A DNA stretch of 64,000 nt from Balanoglossus misakiensis (taxonomy: Eukaryota > Animalia > Hemichordata): assembly GCA_040954595.2 (NCBI GenBank), contig CM082591.2, positions 1,835,745 to 1,899,744 of the forward strand, in the 5' to 3' direction. Shown in pieces: positions 30,301-45,600 of the stretch (position 1 is the first letter of the stretch; each line of letters starts with the position of its first letter). The translations under genes and the position numbers were made by a program. Under the pieces are notes generated by a model. That model made no database searches, was not told the DNA's origin, and saw nothing but the letters and a program-made list of their open reading frames with translations.

Positions 30301-33300
30301 ACTTTTGTCAAGGCGAAATCGAGAATCACAGTCACGTTCCCTATAATATGCCAGGCGCCCTCATCGACAGAATAGTAAAAAAAACACCAGCCGTTCACAG
30401 ACAGCGTCAAACTCTTACTCTAAAACCGTTGACAACTTACATTACACATTCATTATTTAATCACTCGTGCTAATTTAGGCAACAGCTGTTTTTTTCCATT
30501 TCCATTCGCTGTGGGTGGTGTATCGTGCCGTATCCATGGTAACTACACTGCATAGTAAGGCAACATATTGCTACGAATGTACAAATCAACGTAAAAACCA
30601 ATTTCGACCGATAACACATCACGAATTTGACAAGCCCTGGTGTGTCTCCCCGGGTACGGTACAAACGAAATATTTTATTTACTTGCAAAAATCCAGACCC
30701 AAAGGAAATGTAAAAGAAAAAGAAATATAACGACAATACATTTTGTCCTGTTAAACTTTCGTATTTTCTAGGGTGTGTGGAAGCGATGAAGAGACCAAAC
30801 GAACCCGCACACGATTTGGGATGAAGCTTGATGAATTCAGGTGTGGAAACGTGAAGGACTCGTCTTTCATAAAATCTCTCCTTAAAACACTTATCTTAAA
30901 AAGACGATACTCGCCACACGTTTTAACTGTCGTATTTTCTGGCAGTGACGTAAATCGGCAAACAGTACAAATAAAAAGGAGCGAATTTCAATTTGTCATA
31001 ATAATTGAACAGTGCGTACATATGTTTCCTATCCATTCTGAATGTACGAATCATAACGATGATGGGAGTAATTCACACAAACTTCAGAAATCACTAATGC
31101 TTTGATTACAATCATAAACTGCACTAATGCATCTAACATATGGCTGGAGTCGTTTACACAATATGCTTGCAGCGCTTATGTTCTGCAGATTAATTAGCGT
31201 TTGAAAAGACACCGATAAATTATATCCTACAACATTTGAACTGAAATGCTCATAATGCGGTCTTTATTTCCCACTGGATCTTTCAATAACCGACTTCCGA
31301 CTGTGTAACAAGAAGTTATTTGAAACGCGACTTTTCAAGGTTTTTGCCCGACCTATGGTGAGCGCCACCAACGTTAAACTTGTACTATTGATCACTTGCA
31401 CTGTCGAATTACAGGAAACTTCAATATTCTCCTTTATGTGAAAAAAAATTCGGCGTGTTCTTTGGAGCTAACTCTATTTTTCACTCGTTACGGCGCCCCC
31501 ACGTGTCACCGTTCATGAATCATGGCGTGATTTACCACACAATGCGTACAAATGGTGCAAACATTTCGAATTTCAAAGACCTTTTTATTGTACCGCGATA
31601 AAAGCCACTGTTTGAGCATAGTGAATATTAATCCCAAACGATGGATCTGATAACATGGTTTTTCATCGTTGGCGCTGAAATTCCCTATCGATTAATGAAA
31701 TCTCCAACTGTTTCGTGGGGGGGGGGGTATTCCTATCGACGGCATTTCCCCCATCAAAAGCAGCTGTTACCAGTATTATAAATATTATCGCATGGTCCCA
31801 CTAATCTCGAAAATCTCTCTGATTACCTTCACTTTGGTTGTCAAGGTAATAACTGCCTTGGAGACGAATAAATCTGCGATCTGATATTGGGCAGGAAGGC
31901 GCGCTGGCTCACTTGGCAACGATCGCTTGGAGATGGCGATATAAGTGACGATTTATAACATAAATCATGCGATGGAAATCACAATGTTGCTCGGCGTTGA
32001 CAATGCATGAATGAAGGGTAAAAAATTCCATTTGGCTTCTTTTATTTGAATTTTTCAGCTCACACACACAATCAATGCAATCACGGCACGGAGAGGTCAA
32101 ATCAAATCAAATCAGATCATTCAGCGTCCAAATCTCCACTTTGCGCGGTTTTCTGTCCACTGCCAGGGAGACTTATCTTGAACCTCAATGCATTCATGAC
32201 AGTATGCCGTCAATGGATTTCTCGTGTTATAGGATCCAATTTAGAGTTCTCAATAGACGTGTATGGATTTAGGGATCCGCCATATTGAACTGACAGGTAG
32301 CTTTTGTTCAGACTGATCACGTGTTAAAATAGCGGAAATAACTGTCTCCTTGGGATATTGGTCGATTTAATGGATTGCTCCATTTCAGAAACAGAGCGTG
32401 TTTGCGGCAGAGGGATTAGTCGGGACGTTTGGGAGTAAAACGGTTTAATTATCGATAAGTTGACATGTTTTCCAAGAAACTTGAAATGGCATATATACGG
32501 CGAGAAAGAGAAAAGAGAGGCGAAGGTGGGGGGGGGGGGTATGTGGGGACAATAGATGTTGACAAACATAGTGACAAGGGGTATAAGGAAGAAAATAATG
32601 GAATGCAGGCGGATGTGGGACAGGCAGGCAGGTAGAGAGACCGATAAACTGACTGACTGACTGAATAACTGAAACAAATGCCAGCCATAGCTTGACCTGA
32701 TGAATAACTATGCATGTATTCCGACAGAAAACCCCGTACGTCCATCTGTTATAAAATTACGTCATTCCTTTAGACACTTGGGATCAGCCAGGTGGGATAA
32801 TTTGAATATTATTAAACAGTACACTGGCATTCGGTGGCATGTGAGGTGGTGGTTGCGGGACACGTGTCGTTTGTTCAAAGTTTGGCGTTCAAAAGCAGCG
32901 CTCCTTCACCACGGATACTGAAAGTCACAGGTAAGACTGTCATATTTTCCCCCATGGGTTGAATTCATGTGTAAAACTGTGTTCATAGTCAGTATAGAAG
33001 GAAGCCGGTTGGTGTTGGCTCTCATAGGTCGCCGCGTATTAGCGCTTTGTACCGAAAACGAACGTTATCGTCCACGTGGATCAACGTTGCCTCGACGTTG
33101 CTTGCCGTGTACGATATCAAGGACCGTAATGCGCACTGAACACAAATATCACAAAATCAGTTTAATCCATGTTGCTATGGCAGAGGACCGACCATGTTAT
33201 ATCACAACGATAATATAGTAGTCATGGTTATTAATACATGTAATTTCATTTATCATATGATTGTCTATAATACAAAAATTCTGACCGCGGTCAATGAGTG

Positions 33301-36300
33301 TGGGCAGAGATCTACGCTTTGGCCAATCAAGTTTTCTAACAGCGCCCTCGCGGTTCAACATCTTCAGAATAACTTACCAGGTCCCCAGACGTTCTTTTAT
33401 GTAGCCGAACAATGACAAACAAAATGCAGTCTCAATTACTTTTTAAAAAAGACCAATAAAACCAGCACATCTATTCATGGGATAGGCGCATAGCTAAAAG
33501 GCAATTTTGTATCCCCTTTCATGAGAAGTGAATTCAGCACTTACGAAAAGAGCATCTCTTTTCAGGTATATCTAATGAAATTGAAGATCGGGCGGCCGGA
33601 GGGACACTTTTAAAGAGAGGTATCACATTCCAAATGTCGGATAATTGGTCTTCTATTGTAAATTGATTACCTGCTGCAGAGGTAATTGTGTGGTTTACAA
33701 ACGATCTCTTGTAAGACACGATAAACATTAAATTATCTCTACAATCATCGTGTTCGACTGTGAATGGTCCCTTAATGCACTATTTAGTTGTCTCGAAGGT
33801 GTATTTTCCCCCGATGGATGTTTGACCTCTGACCCCTTCAAAGATGAAATCCTTTCACTTCCCGGGTGGTCAGCTGCACCTAGTATTCGGTAATAAGTAG
33901 TCTAGCCACGGCTTCTCTCAGAAAAATACTGATCAGAAGTGAATAAGGAATGTCCATTTTCGCGGGCCTCAAGAGAGTATCGTGTCGTGTCCGCTGTTCA
34001 AGCCAACTGCTCTTGCTGCGCCGAGAACATTCAAAACATCGCATCCTTATCGGAATCAGTACCGGGGCCGAACGGCGCGCGCGATGAAATCGATGTATTG
34101 ATCATGTCCACTCGCGCCCATTAAAACTCGGATGATAGTCAGACTACAACACTAACTCTATTATGCCAACAATATTAATATTTACCACAATCTTACAAAT
34201 CAATCAGAAGTGACGTTTTACTCAATAACGACCCCATTCATCTGAACCAGCTGTTACATTTAGTAATTATTATCACTCTCTCCATAAAATCCAATCATCT
34301 TCAATGCCTTTCCTTTTTTGTTGTTGTGTCGTCAAATGGATGAAATATGATGGGAAATTTTAAATAACAATGATATCACCCAATCTTTATTTTTCCCGTT
34401 CTTTGGTCTTATTACAAGCCTTATTTCATCTACGGTCCATGATCCGTGATGAAATTTCTCTTGACTGATTCGGCCTAACAAACCTCTGAACACGATAAAG
34501 GAATGTTTTGTATCAATCTGTCGTTCACTAGGAAAATTGGCGCGCAAATAAGCCTGCAGCCATATTGTATGGGTATTGACAAAACCCGATTGCATGATGC
34601 ATCATGCTAAGGCGGTCACGTTTTCGGTTTTTATTCTGCTACTCAAAATAACAAATTTATTTTGACAAGTTAGGATGATGTAAGTTCTAATCCCAAAAGT
34701 CATGTGCGTAAATTACTTTCTGTGAATCCATTGTTATTTTACTGATCAAAATATTTTTTTTTTCACAGCCAAGGATGGTTGATTCTGACACCATGGAAAA
34801 GACACAAGGTTAAAGAAGGTAAAAAAAACACATTTTATATATATATTCGCCAAGAGTTGTCCAGTGTTTTGTGGTTCATGTGTATAAGTGTACTTTTGGC
34901 CTGGTCCGAGACGCAAACCTCTGCCGCGCGCGATAGCTTCTCCCACATTGCACAGCGAGTTCTCCACAGATAGTGAAAGCTGACGCCACCAGTTTTCGCT
35001 TCTGAAATTCCTTCGTTATTTGAGGCGCCGCGAACGCAAGCCGTCGTCCGGTTGTAGCGAGATTAGACAGACAGACAGTGCCTAGAAAGTTAAAACTACC
35101 AGCACTACGTACATGAATTTTGTCTGTGTTCACTCGCGGCGCGTTGTAAGTCCAAACATATAGAGATAAGACACGCCCTGTAAACGGATTCCCTCATGTC
35201 TGTGAAGTAAAATTTGAGATGTTATCAGTAATTTTGCATAGAGATATTCAATAGGTTTACTAGAGTAAATATGTGGGATGTATGACGTGCTATATAATAG
35301 TCGGTTACTCCTGAAGTTCCATCTATATGGTCTTTGGTCTACTAAGCAATTCTTTGCATACATTTCTCATAGAAATTGTACATTCTCGTAGTTAGGATGA
35401 AAGTTGGTCTTTACGTTGAAAGCTCTAAATGTAACTCAGCCTTTAAGTTGTTGGCTTGATACCTTCCTCGCAAATGTGAAGCAATTGTTCAGAGTCGAAA
35501 GAGCAGCTCTCTCCCTTCTACTGTCTATTGTAATACTTGTGCTCCAAGTTACAAGAGTTCAATCAACTTGTCGGATTATTCTTCCGCCATCATAAATTTG
35601 ACCAAACAAAATCAGCTGTGGTTCCCTCGTGAAACCGCGCGAGTCTACCATTTGTCGTTTACGGACAAGGGTGCCAGGCAACTTCGGTGTTCTGGTCAAT
35701 AGAGATCTCAATAGACTCGAAAGCCTGCTCTGAGTGAACCTTTCAAGACGTGTCAAAGTAGGGGTTTTCTTGTTGACAAAGACCAAGTCAACTAGACATC
35801 AATTCACACCTTCTGAGAGTTGTTTTGTTAGCAATTAGTGAAATGAATACTGCTCCTTTGACATCTTCTACATTTCGACCGGATTACAGTGTTTGGGCGG
35901 TGACCGCTAAGTTATTCTTCAAAAAGCCGCTGTTAAAACAATCTGTCATGTTAACTTTTGGATTTATCTAACTCAGAGTGCATTACTCAACACATGTCAG
36001 TAGTTCTTTTTCTCGTTGGCTGCAATTTTTATTGCAGACGACAAAAAGTGGTTTCGAAAAATCTCCATAGTGCGGTCGGCGTAGGTGCCACAGTGAGGAC
36101 AATAGATGATCTTCTCGACCTCGTCCGCGGCACTACAAACAAATGAATGTTTTACGTACGTGCTTGGCGGTTGTATGCGAGTGCACATACACTGGGGCTC
36201 AGCAAACATATAATCCATCATTTTGTCTCCTTCATAGTTCTGACGCTTTTTATGACGACATTTGAACATTGCCGTCTCAAAGAGCACAAACGCTCATTCA

Positions 36301-37509
36301 TGATGATTTGTTTACGTTCTCAGGCATTCATAAGCCCTGGACAGCGCACACCAACAAAGGCAAAAGTGTAAGGGCGGCATGTAACAGGTTCATAATTTTT
36401 CTTGCGGTGATATATTGCCCACCGAAAGACACTTCAAGACTTTCAGTTCACACTTTGAGACGAAACTCCCCTTGGTGAAATTTTGGCTGTTTTGTCGCTT
36501 GGTCGTGACTGGTACCATAGACAGAAGACTGTCTATGCTGGTACGACATCTCGCTAAGCGCTTTCAGCGTCAACTTGGAGGCGTGCTGATAAAGTTAGGG
36601 AATGTGGTGACACCAATCTAAGTGTATTCCACGGAGAGGACACGAGATTGCACCACTGTAAATTTGTGAAAACTGCGAAGCGACATTAACATATGCCAGC
36701 AGCGAAAACGATAGATAGACAGGTAGATATACAGGTAGATTGCAGATACGTATAAATAAGTAAATAAATAAATAAATAATGAGGAATCTGCTCTTTCTAC
36801 ATGTAATGCCAAACTAGAAACCATGGTTTTACTGTTGCATTCCGATAATAATATTTGTAACCAAAGCGTCGAGCTCAAACCTGATTCCACATAGGCTCTG
36901 TAAATGCAATTAAGCGAACAATGAATGCATATTTTCATACATACACACACATAGCTCAGGGCAGTGTGTCTCTACAGAAAGATCTCCCTATTAGACCCCG
37001 CTAATAAATCTCCCCCTTATAGCGTGTTATAGCCCTCACTGCAGATCACTCTAAACGCTACAGCCCTCCATCAAGAAACACATATGGTTCAGTCACGGAG
37101 ACTATGAAATGAATTTTCAATAAAAAATAATCTCTTTGTTATGAGATTTTTAATACCTGTACCAGATGTTATGGAAATAATACCAAAGTATAATCACTTT
37201 TGCCAATATAGCTACCGAGGCGTGCGTTGGCGCTAAAAGAGAAATTTTGTATTGTATGAATATCGGACTACGTAAATATGGTTGCGGGGAAATTATTAGT
37301 GACAGTTTTGTGAGTGTATTATTCCAGTATAAAAAAACATCAAGCTCGCTTGGCTTCATGTAGCGATATATGCTTCATACGCACCACTGTCCGCCTGAAA
37401 GTGGCAAGAAAATTTGGTGGTAAGGTATGCAAATAGGGCAAATGTGCCCAACAAGCAAACGCCCCATGTTGGGGGTGGGGGGGGGGGGGGCTCATGATTT
37501 GTTGGAAGA

Positions 37510-37652
37510 TCATTCATTCATTCATTCATTTATTCATTCATTCATTCATTCATTCATTCATTCATTCATTCATTCATTCATTCATTCATTCATTCATTCA
37601 TTCATTCATTCATTCATTCATTCATTCATTCATTCATTCATTCATTCATTCA
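37510..37652. repeat. (TTCA)n microsatellite, ~35 units
   Basis: Directly visible. It accounts for the spurious IHSF-repeat ORFs. Confidence 0.98.
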
Positions 37653-39640
37653 TGCATTCTATACATGGGCAACATACCACTCATTGTGTATTGAAATATT
37701 GACTTTATTAAACTCAATTTAAAATAATATACATTCTGTCGTAACGCTTTCTTCTAAAAATATCTCAATAAATAAAAATTTAATGAACATTAAAAATGTA
37801 GTTCCGAGAAAAATACGCTTTATAACTGTTTTGTGACAGCAAAATATATGGCTTGTTTTGAGAACATCACTTGAATAGCACTAGGGTTGGAAACGGAATT
37901 TTAATAGTTATCTGAACTGTTGCCAGGCAACGGAAGTTGATGTGTCTGGTACAATTTTGCCTGGGTCACGTGGGTTCCATATTTTCTACACTGGAAGGCA
38001 TAGGCCGGTGCCATTTTGCGAAATTAGTTGTACAAAGAAACGAATGTTCTTGTGATGTCGCTGACGTCTTGTAAACGGGTAGCGATAGATACTTTTTCAT
38101 GGTTGTCATTTTTTGAAATTACATAAAACGCCCTCTTCCGATGGTAGCCAGCTGAGAGAAAATCATGGCAAAACTCAGAGTACATGTAGTATTAAAATCA
38201 ACTGATTGCAACAATACATTTCCAATGGAGAGGTCCTAACTTTGTCGTCAGAATTTGTGATCAGTCATGGATCACAGTTAAACGCATTCTCTGTACTCTA
38301 TAAAAACAACAGTCGCATTTTAAAAGATTCCCATGTACTGTCGGCCGGTAACTCCATGTTTTATAATGCTGTAAGAGTGTAAGTAGAACTGTTCAAATTA
38401 CTAATCATTATCCTAATTGAGGAGACATATTCGGTTACTCTAAATCGAAGCTATGGGAGAAGACTTGCTAAGGGGGCAATCAACTCTCTCTTAAACCAAG
38501 GTCCTTTAAATCATGGAGGTATAAGTTTCTACCTCCATGTTCCAAATTTACCTGTTACTGAAGATAGCATTTTTGTAGGGCGCGAGTGAACGACACCACG
38601 TCATCAGGTGACGTCAGAAGTAACGCGACACTAAGTCGCATGGCGCCCGTCGTTTGACGAGCAAACTACTTCAACTTCTGCGCCAACACAAAAGTATTCA
38701 TTTCGTTTCTTTTGTTTCCAGAGTAAGAGGGGGAATTAAAAGAAGTAAGAAAAAGGTCACAAAGAAAGAATTCGAAGTGTTGCGCACAAGTTTGTCAATC
38801 AAGCTCAGCCGTTCTCGAGCAAACATGCACGTTGAGTTTGCCCCTAATGCCATAACCGTGTTAGTTGTCCTTTTTTAAATTGATACACGTCCCGATCTGT
38901 ACCTGTGTGACAGTTTCCCTTTTATAGTCGTTTGTCTTTTTATAATACGTGGAGTTTTTCAAACTTCAGGAAAATATCTCGAAAGTCGGCGATCTGTCAG
39001 GTGATCCGTCATTGAAAAATTCAAGTTGGACAAAAATAAACACCACTTTTTAAATCTGCCAGGGTACTTATGCGGGACTTGTAGTCCTTTCTGAAACAAA
39101 TCTTGATTGTTAAGCCCAATTACAAAGAGTGAAAGCAGAAAAAGTTTATATTTCAGTGTTCAAGTATTTGAGCGGAAGACGGTTAAAAAAACCTCGTCAG
39201 GTCCAGTTACACAACTACATATTAAGTACTGTTTCTTTCTTTCTTTCTTGCTTGCTTTATGTTTGTCGTTCAGTCGATTTGTGGAAGCGAGTGGACATGG
39301 TTGTCTAGATTCGCGCCGGAAGACTGGCAACTTCGTGTGATTGTCATTGATTGTCTGTTGGACTTTGGAGATTTAGAAAGCAACCTTTCAAATCTGTGAC
39401 AACCAGGCGCTGCATTCATGGCAAGGCAAGTTCTGCTGACGTCATAGCGTCTTCCGGTCTCATTTCCAAGTCTGAGGCGCAATATTTTAATAAATAAAGG
39501 GAAAGTTGACGCGTGCGAGTGTTGGACCAGCCACTTGAACTGGCAGCATTGCGCATGTGCACGAAACATTGTCGCCACGCATACATTGGTCCATGCCTTT
39601 GGCCCTGGAGTGACTCTTGCAACAGTTCATCCGTGTGGCA

Positions 39641-42600
39641 CTACAACACTTTGATTTCTTCATCGTCCGTGTCGTCTGCATTGTCGTTTGGCATCATGAC
39701 GTCATTGTCGGGCACCGGGCTCACGCAGGGGCTGCTGGTCGGGCTGTCAAGTTCTTTGTCAGAATCAGAAAGATCCCTTTTCTTGTCCTCGGCAACGTCG
39801 CTTAAATCCGGATTTGGGTTGGATTTGTTGGGCAATGTCGATTCTCTGGATCCGCCAGCGGACAACAATTCCCTTTCTTTTGAATTCCTCCACTTCATCC
39901 GCCGGTTCTGAAACCAGATCTTCACCTATAATCCCACGAAAGAACGAGAGAAAACGAGATTTTAAAAAAAGGTTAAGGAAGACACGTACAAACACGCTGC
40001 GTTTCTAACGTTCAGTTCGAACTAAAAAATGTCTGAAAGATTTATAGGGCTCGGTCGATGCATTCTTCTCACTCACGTCCCAACGGCATTTGAACGAAGA
40101 AGGGGTTCGTAGCGTTTTTGTAGAATCGCCTCGGGGGATAGAAACGACGAAAGGAAGAAACGTTCGGTAAAAGGCGCTTCCACAACCAGAATGTGCATAT
40201 TGTTCAAGTTCTGTAGTTCGCAACTCTATATTGTTTGGTTTTCGTCAGTTGCTGGGCGGAACTCGAGCCAAGCACTTTTTGAATCGAATTCCGAGACAGG
40301 TACATATAAATCACTTTGATAGATTATCGTTTTTTTTTCATTGGTCTGTAAATTGTTGGAGTCAATTGCTGACAAGGTCTCCGATCCAGCGTTCCGTTAT
40401 ACTTGCACTTTTATTTAGAATGCCAAAACACAAGAGCTCAACGACAAACAGCAAATAAATTCTAGCGCCTTTCCCCTAGTAGTTCTGCAGAAACAGGACA
40501 TTGCATGAAGCGATCTCTAAAAGAACGTGTTCTTATACATTCGCGCCGTTCATCTTTGCCACAACCAAAGACCAATCTTCTGCTCAGAAACACTGAACCC
40601 CGATTGCTAAAAGTGGGCGGGAAAAAAGTACAGAAAACTGTCGGTTGGAGATTTTCAATAGAACCGTGATGCTTTGCTCGATGTGAGAATAAAGGCGCGA
40701 AATCTGTCGCATAATTTCTGTTTGTCTTTGTATTTAAAAACAGACAAACACGATTACACGAAAATCACTTTCATTCTTTCTCTCTATTTTGTCCCGTTTG
40801 GGAAGGGGGGATTGCGAGGAGTCGTATATATGGGAATCGTCGGGTGGTTTTTATGGCGTGTACTGTCTGTGATGTGTACATAGCTCATTGATTGGTGTGG
40901 GCACGGCCAGAGACATAGGAAATCCGATACAGGGAGAGTATACGAAGCATTGACAGAAAATTCGATATCAGACACGAAATTATTTACCCGCGACCCCAAA
41001 AACCAAACGGACGAGTTGGCAGAACTTCCACGGGAGGGGTAGTTTGGTGCCACCGCGCACGAGCGTCGCCCAAATCTGTTCGCACGACAATCAATATTTC
41101 ACGGTCGATTTACCGCAACAACAAATTTGACATTTGGCAATCAAAACCCGACTCCTCACGGACTTAACGTCGATATCAGTTCTGTTTGAGAAAAAAAATA
41201 CTTATCGATTTCCACCATGCGTGCACAGCACTTCAATCAAAATCAGATTTGGGATAATTCTTTCGCCGATTTTTACAGCCCGGAGCTTCTATCCGGGTAA
41301 AAGTTAAAGCGATCAAAGTGACATTTAATGACTGTTTCATGAGAGACGCGTTTTGGTCGCTTTCAATGTAACCCCGAAAGCCTTCATAATTGACCCGTTT
41401 AATTGCCATGCCTTGCTGCGCTTTCCATTCACCCGTGCAATTTTATGCGTTACATTAAAAACCTGTGAATTTAATATTTAAAAAAAGGAGTTTGCGCGAA
41501 AAGAGTTAGCGAATCAGATTTCGGGAATATGGACAGTGTTGGTCTTTGCGGCCGGGGTTCAAGTTGTGGGACCATCCGTTTTGACTGGATCAATGACTCC
41601 AAGTGACAGAACTTAAACCACGCGAAAACTTTGACTCCACCAGACGCTGCATTAGTAAATGATTTTATGCTGTAAAGGAAATTTATTTAAGTATTTTCAC
41701 TTGAGAAAATTACCACACGTTCAGTCCGGCAAAGGAGGTGTCCGCAAGGACCACGCTTTCAATTATGCGAGCACGTATGTACAATGATCCCCGAAATCGA
41801 AAACTAGGCACGTCGCAAACGGGATTAGCCAAACTGCGAGTAAACAGAGTGCGGGCGGCAGTTGGTAACTAAAGAATTATCGCAGACTTCATTTCAAATT
41901 CATAATCCCAGTCAGGAAGTACTCGGAGTTTTTCGAGAGCTCCCCATTCAGATTGTCCGTGAACCGATCTTGTAGACTGTAAGTTTAGCAATGTCGGTGC
42001 AAGAGTCGACAGATGCACGCATACATAACCAAATCGAAAAAATGGATTCTCCGCGCGGAAGTTCTCGGCCGGGGGGTGCCAACCGCACCCAAACTCTGTA
42101 TAGCCACTGGTGTTACGCGCCACTCTCGTCGTATAGAACCAATTAATAACCCGGCTATATATTTCAATTAATTAAACACCCTATTACCGGTGATGATGCC
42201 CGCAAAACAAATTTCCACCTACCAGTTGGCCTATTCAGTGATATCCACGCACGCCTGTTCAAGAAACGTCGACTCGACAGCGCGGAAGTTACAACGCCAC
42301 AGGGACTCATTCGCAAACTAAGTGCGGCCCAAGCAATAGACAAGCAGTTAATAAAACAATTAGGGGAACCTCATGCAAGGCCAGGTCCAAAGTTGAAACC
42401 CCTCTTATATTCATTGCAATTTCATCTCCTCCACGAGAAAACCTCTACCCTTCGCGTTGCGTCAGATCATTCTCCACCGACAAGGAGACCAAACCTCGAC
42501 CTCGGTTAGCAAAGGCGAAATATCACACGCACGCGATTATCACAAAAGATATAATTCCAAGGAACATAAGAGAAAAGTTATCGCTCAGTTCTGGATAACG

Positions 42601-45600
42601 CGGTGTTCGGTGATCTTACGCCCGAACTGGTTTCTTGTTTGGAACACCGGGTATCAATTCAAATTGACATGTGCAATGGTAACATTAACATTGTGATCAA
42701 TGCGTGTTTTCATTATTAAGCCTCCTTTAACTTCTCGTTAAACGTCTCTCTGTGTTCGGTATTGTTTCTCTTGCCAAGTTTACTTCGTCGTTCCATCTGT
42801 CGATAAGTTGGTGTCTCTTCAGCGGGTGGCTAAGAGCCCCGCACGCACACACCCCCCCCCCCCCGCTGTGTCTGTCCCTCTAGAATTTATGAACTCACCT
42901 GCGAGTCTTTGAGACCGAGTTTGGCGGCCAGTTTCCTCCTGTCCGGCTTACTGATGTACTTCTGTTGTTGGAATTTTTTCTCCAGTCCTTTGCGCTGAGC
43001 GTCCGAGAACACGGCCCTTCGTAGCATTCCCCTACGGGGTTTCCCCCGTGCTGTGGCCGGCCATGCATAGGTGCCCGGTACGGGAATCACCGTGGACGCT
43101 GTAAAACACCGTGGTGGAAACAGAAACAAGAGAGTGAGGGACAACAGATGGGAGAGGACCATTTGACGGACAAAACACCTTCATGTGGTTAATAAGTGAA
43201 TGCGAAAACCACTTCGCTTAAAAAGCTCTCCCGTTAACGTTTCTCTTGTGTTTTGTATTAATGGTGTGTAGAACATAGTTGGTTTTGTCAAGTTGTTGGC
43301 GCGTACGTGGCCTGTTATCAATGAACAGAGGGCAAGTGAAAAAACGAAATACCAATCTCGTTAAAACGTGCATAAAAACCAGTCGCGCTCCATTCATCCT
43401 GCCTGGGGCTGTGTAAATCAAATTAGCTTGTCTCTATGTTCAAATTGTTGTAGTGTGTCGAGGGCCGTTTACTGCTCGCTGCGCTCTTGTGGGTATTGGC
43501 GGTGACTTGAATTGAGTTGTGTGGTTTTTTGACGAGAGCGCCCGGAGCCAGGAACACTTTACGTTCCTGGCTTGCGATCAAAGTCTCTCAATTCAGAGGT
43601 CTTTTTTTTGGAATGAACGGAGTTAGAGGCAGTTAGGTAGATAAAGAGAGAGCAAATCAATTGTATTTCTAAAGTGGTAGAACATCACCAGAAATAATAT
43701 TTTTTACTGTTACTCTTGTATAACATAATGTATATCCTAACTATGATTATTAGTAGAATAAATAAAAAAACTGGAGCTCAGCAGCCAAATCCTACGTGAC
43801 GTCATCACCATCGTGATTACTACCTTAAATATCGCGTGTAATTATATGCCATTATCCTATTTATAATGGAGTAAGGGTCCTCACTACAAGCAATTTGCTA
43901 AATAATCATCGTCTAAATCAATAGGGGTAATCCCAAATGGCTGTTCTCATTTCATCAGAACATATGGAACTGACTGTTGCCATGACGCATCGTCCAAATC
44001 ACCGGTCACGTGATACGGACAACTAAGAGTGGGTAGTCGGATGAACGAATAAAAAACATGCACTTGCATTGTCAGCGTCTCTTTTCGGGACGGACCTGAA
44101 ACTGTACAGTGTTCAGGTATTATCACAAATCCTGCGCGCTCGGTATGAATAGGTTGTGACGTCACATTCTACAGTGAGCACTAAATAAAATGTCGTTTTG
44201 CTATGTAAATTTTGCGAGACTAAAAAATCACAAGGATGGAAAATTTCTTTCTTTATCTGCCGCAGTTCAAATTACATTTTGTCCACGGCTGTTCACTTTA
44301 ATCTCACTCAGTCTGGACCAGACTGTTTTAGTCCACAGAGAATTATGTACTTTTTAATGAAAACAGGGATATTGTTTGAAATGGAAACCGGAAAGACATA
44401 TTTTAACGAACTGTGATGATTGGAGGATGTTATGAAGCTTAATATTAAGTTGAACGATTCAAGTAGCGTGATTTTATTGAATACTGTGATTATAATATTA
44501 TTAAGAGATCGTTTGTGTCGTTAACAATGATGGCGTAAAATAACACAAACATTTATGGAGATAAAAAAATGATAACATTAATAGTGACACTTTATTGTTA
44601 TAAATAATGTACGGGTTCGTGGTGTCAACAATCTCTGTGCAGAGGAATAAAACCGCGATACCACAATGGGAAGCGTTTTCAGTGCTAACCACTTGCGCGT
44701 AGAAAGGAGAATTTTGAAACTTTCAAACCACACCCTCCCCTGTTTGTGTTCAGTGATTCGGTTGTGTGATCGCTCTTTGAAGCCTGAGCGCGCTCATTCA
44801 CGGACGCTGAGCCTCTACTAGTTGTACTGCATGTTTTCATTTAGCAGGCTTCAAATACTGTCGGAAATCAGAAATTTTCACCAGCAAAAGTCAGTTTTCA
44901 TAGATATGGAACGGTTTTGTCTTTCTGCCAGGCAACTTCAGTGGCTATTTCTCTTTTCGTGAAACATCAAGCTTTTTATTAAAAAAGCAGAGGCCCCTCT
45001 CTGTCTTTGACCACTCTCTGACAGATGGCGTAGCCACACACTCGGCGAGTCACAAAAGTGACGTCATCCACCCGAAGGTTGTACTTTCCTGTTGCTATGG
45101 TGACCGATTTGGTTAAAGACCGGCCCTCGGGGAGTTAGCGGTTGCTGTAACTTTATTAAATTACAAAAGTGTTTTAAGGAGTTTTGTTCGTCGGGGTTGA
45201 TCGGCGTTGGTTTTGATGTTGTTGCGGTTCCGGGATGAATGACTTACAAGCGTTCCATTGAGGGTTTACAACCGTGGCCGTCAGGGTCTTGTGAATTTGC
45301 ACGTCGGAATATTTCATGACGAGCCAACATCGAAAGGAAAATTTGGCTCAAAATATGCACTGAACGATTTATCTTGTAATGTGTTATATTAACCCTTAAT
45401 GCGAGCGATGTGAGAGAGCAACCCCCCCCCCCCCCTTGCAGAAGATTTATCTGGTCGAGTTTCTTACAGTTTGAGAAGGCCGGACTAGTTTCCGACCACA
45501 CTGAGTGTAGGGGCTTTCTGTGATTGCGCACTTCAGTGGACGTTGTGTCAAGGGCCAGACGAAGCCACACGAGATCCGTTGATTCGGCCGCCTGATAAGT

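Noticed and set aside
37427-37702. IHSF-repeat ORFs
   Set aside because: Translation of the (TTCA)n microsatellite.
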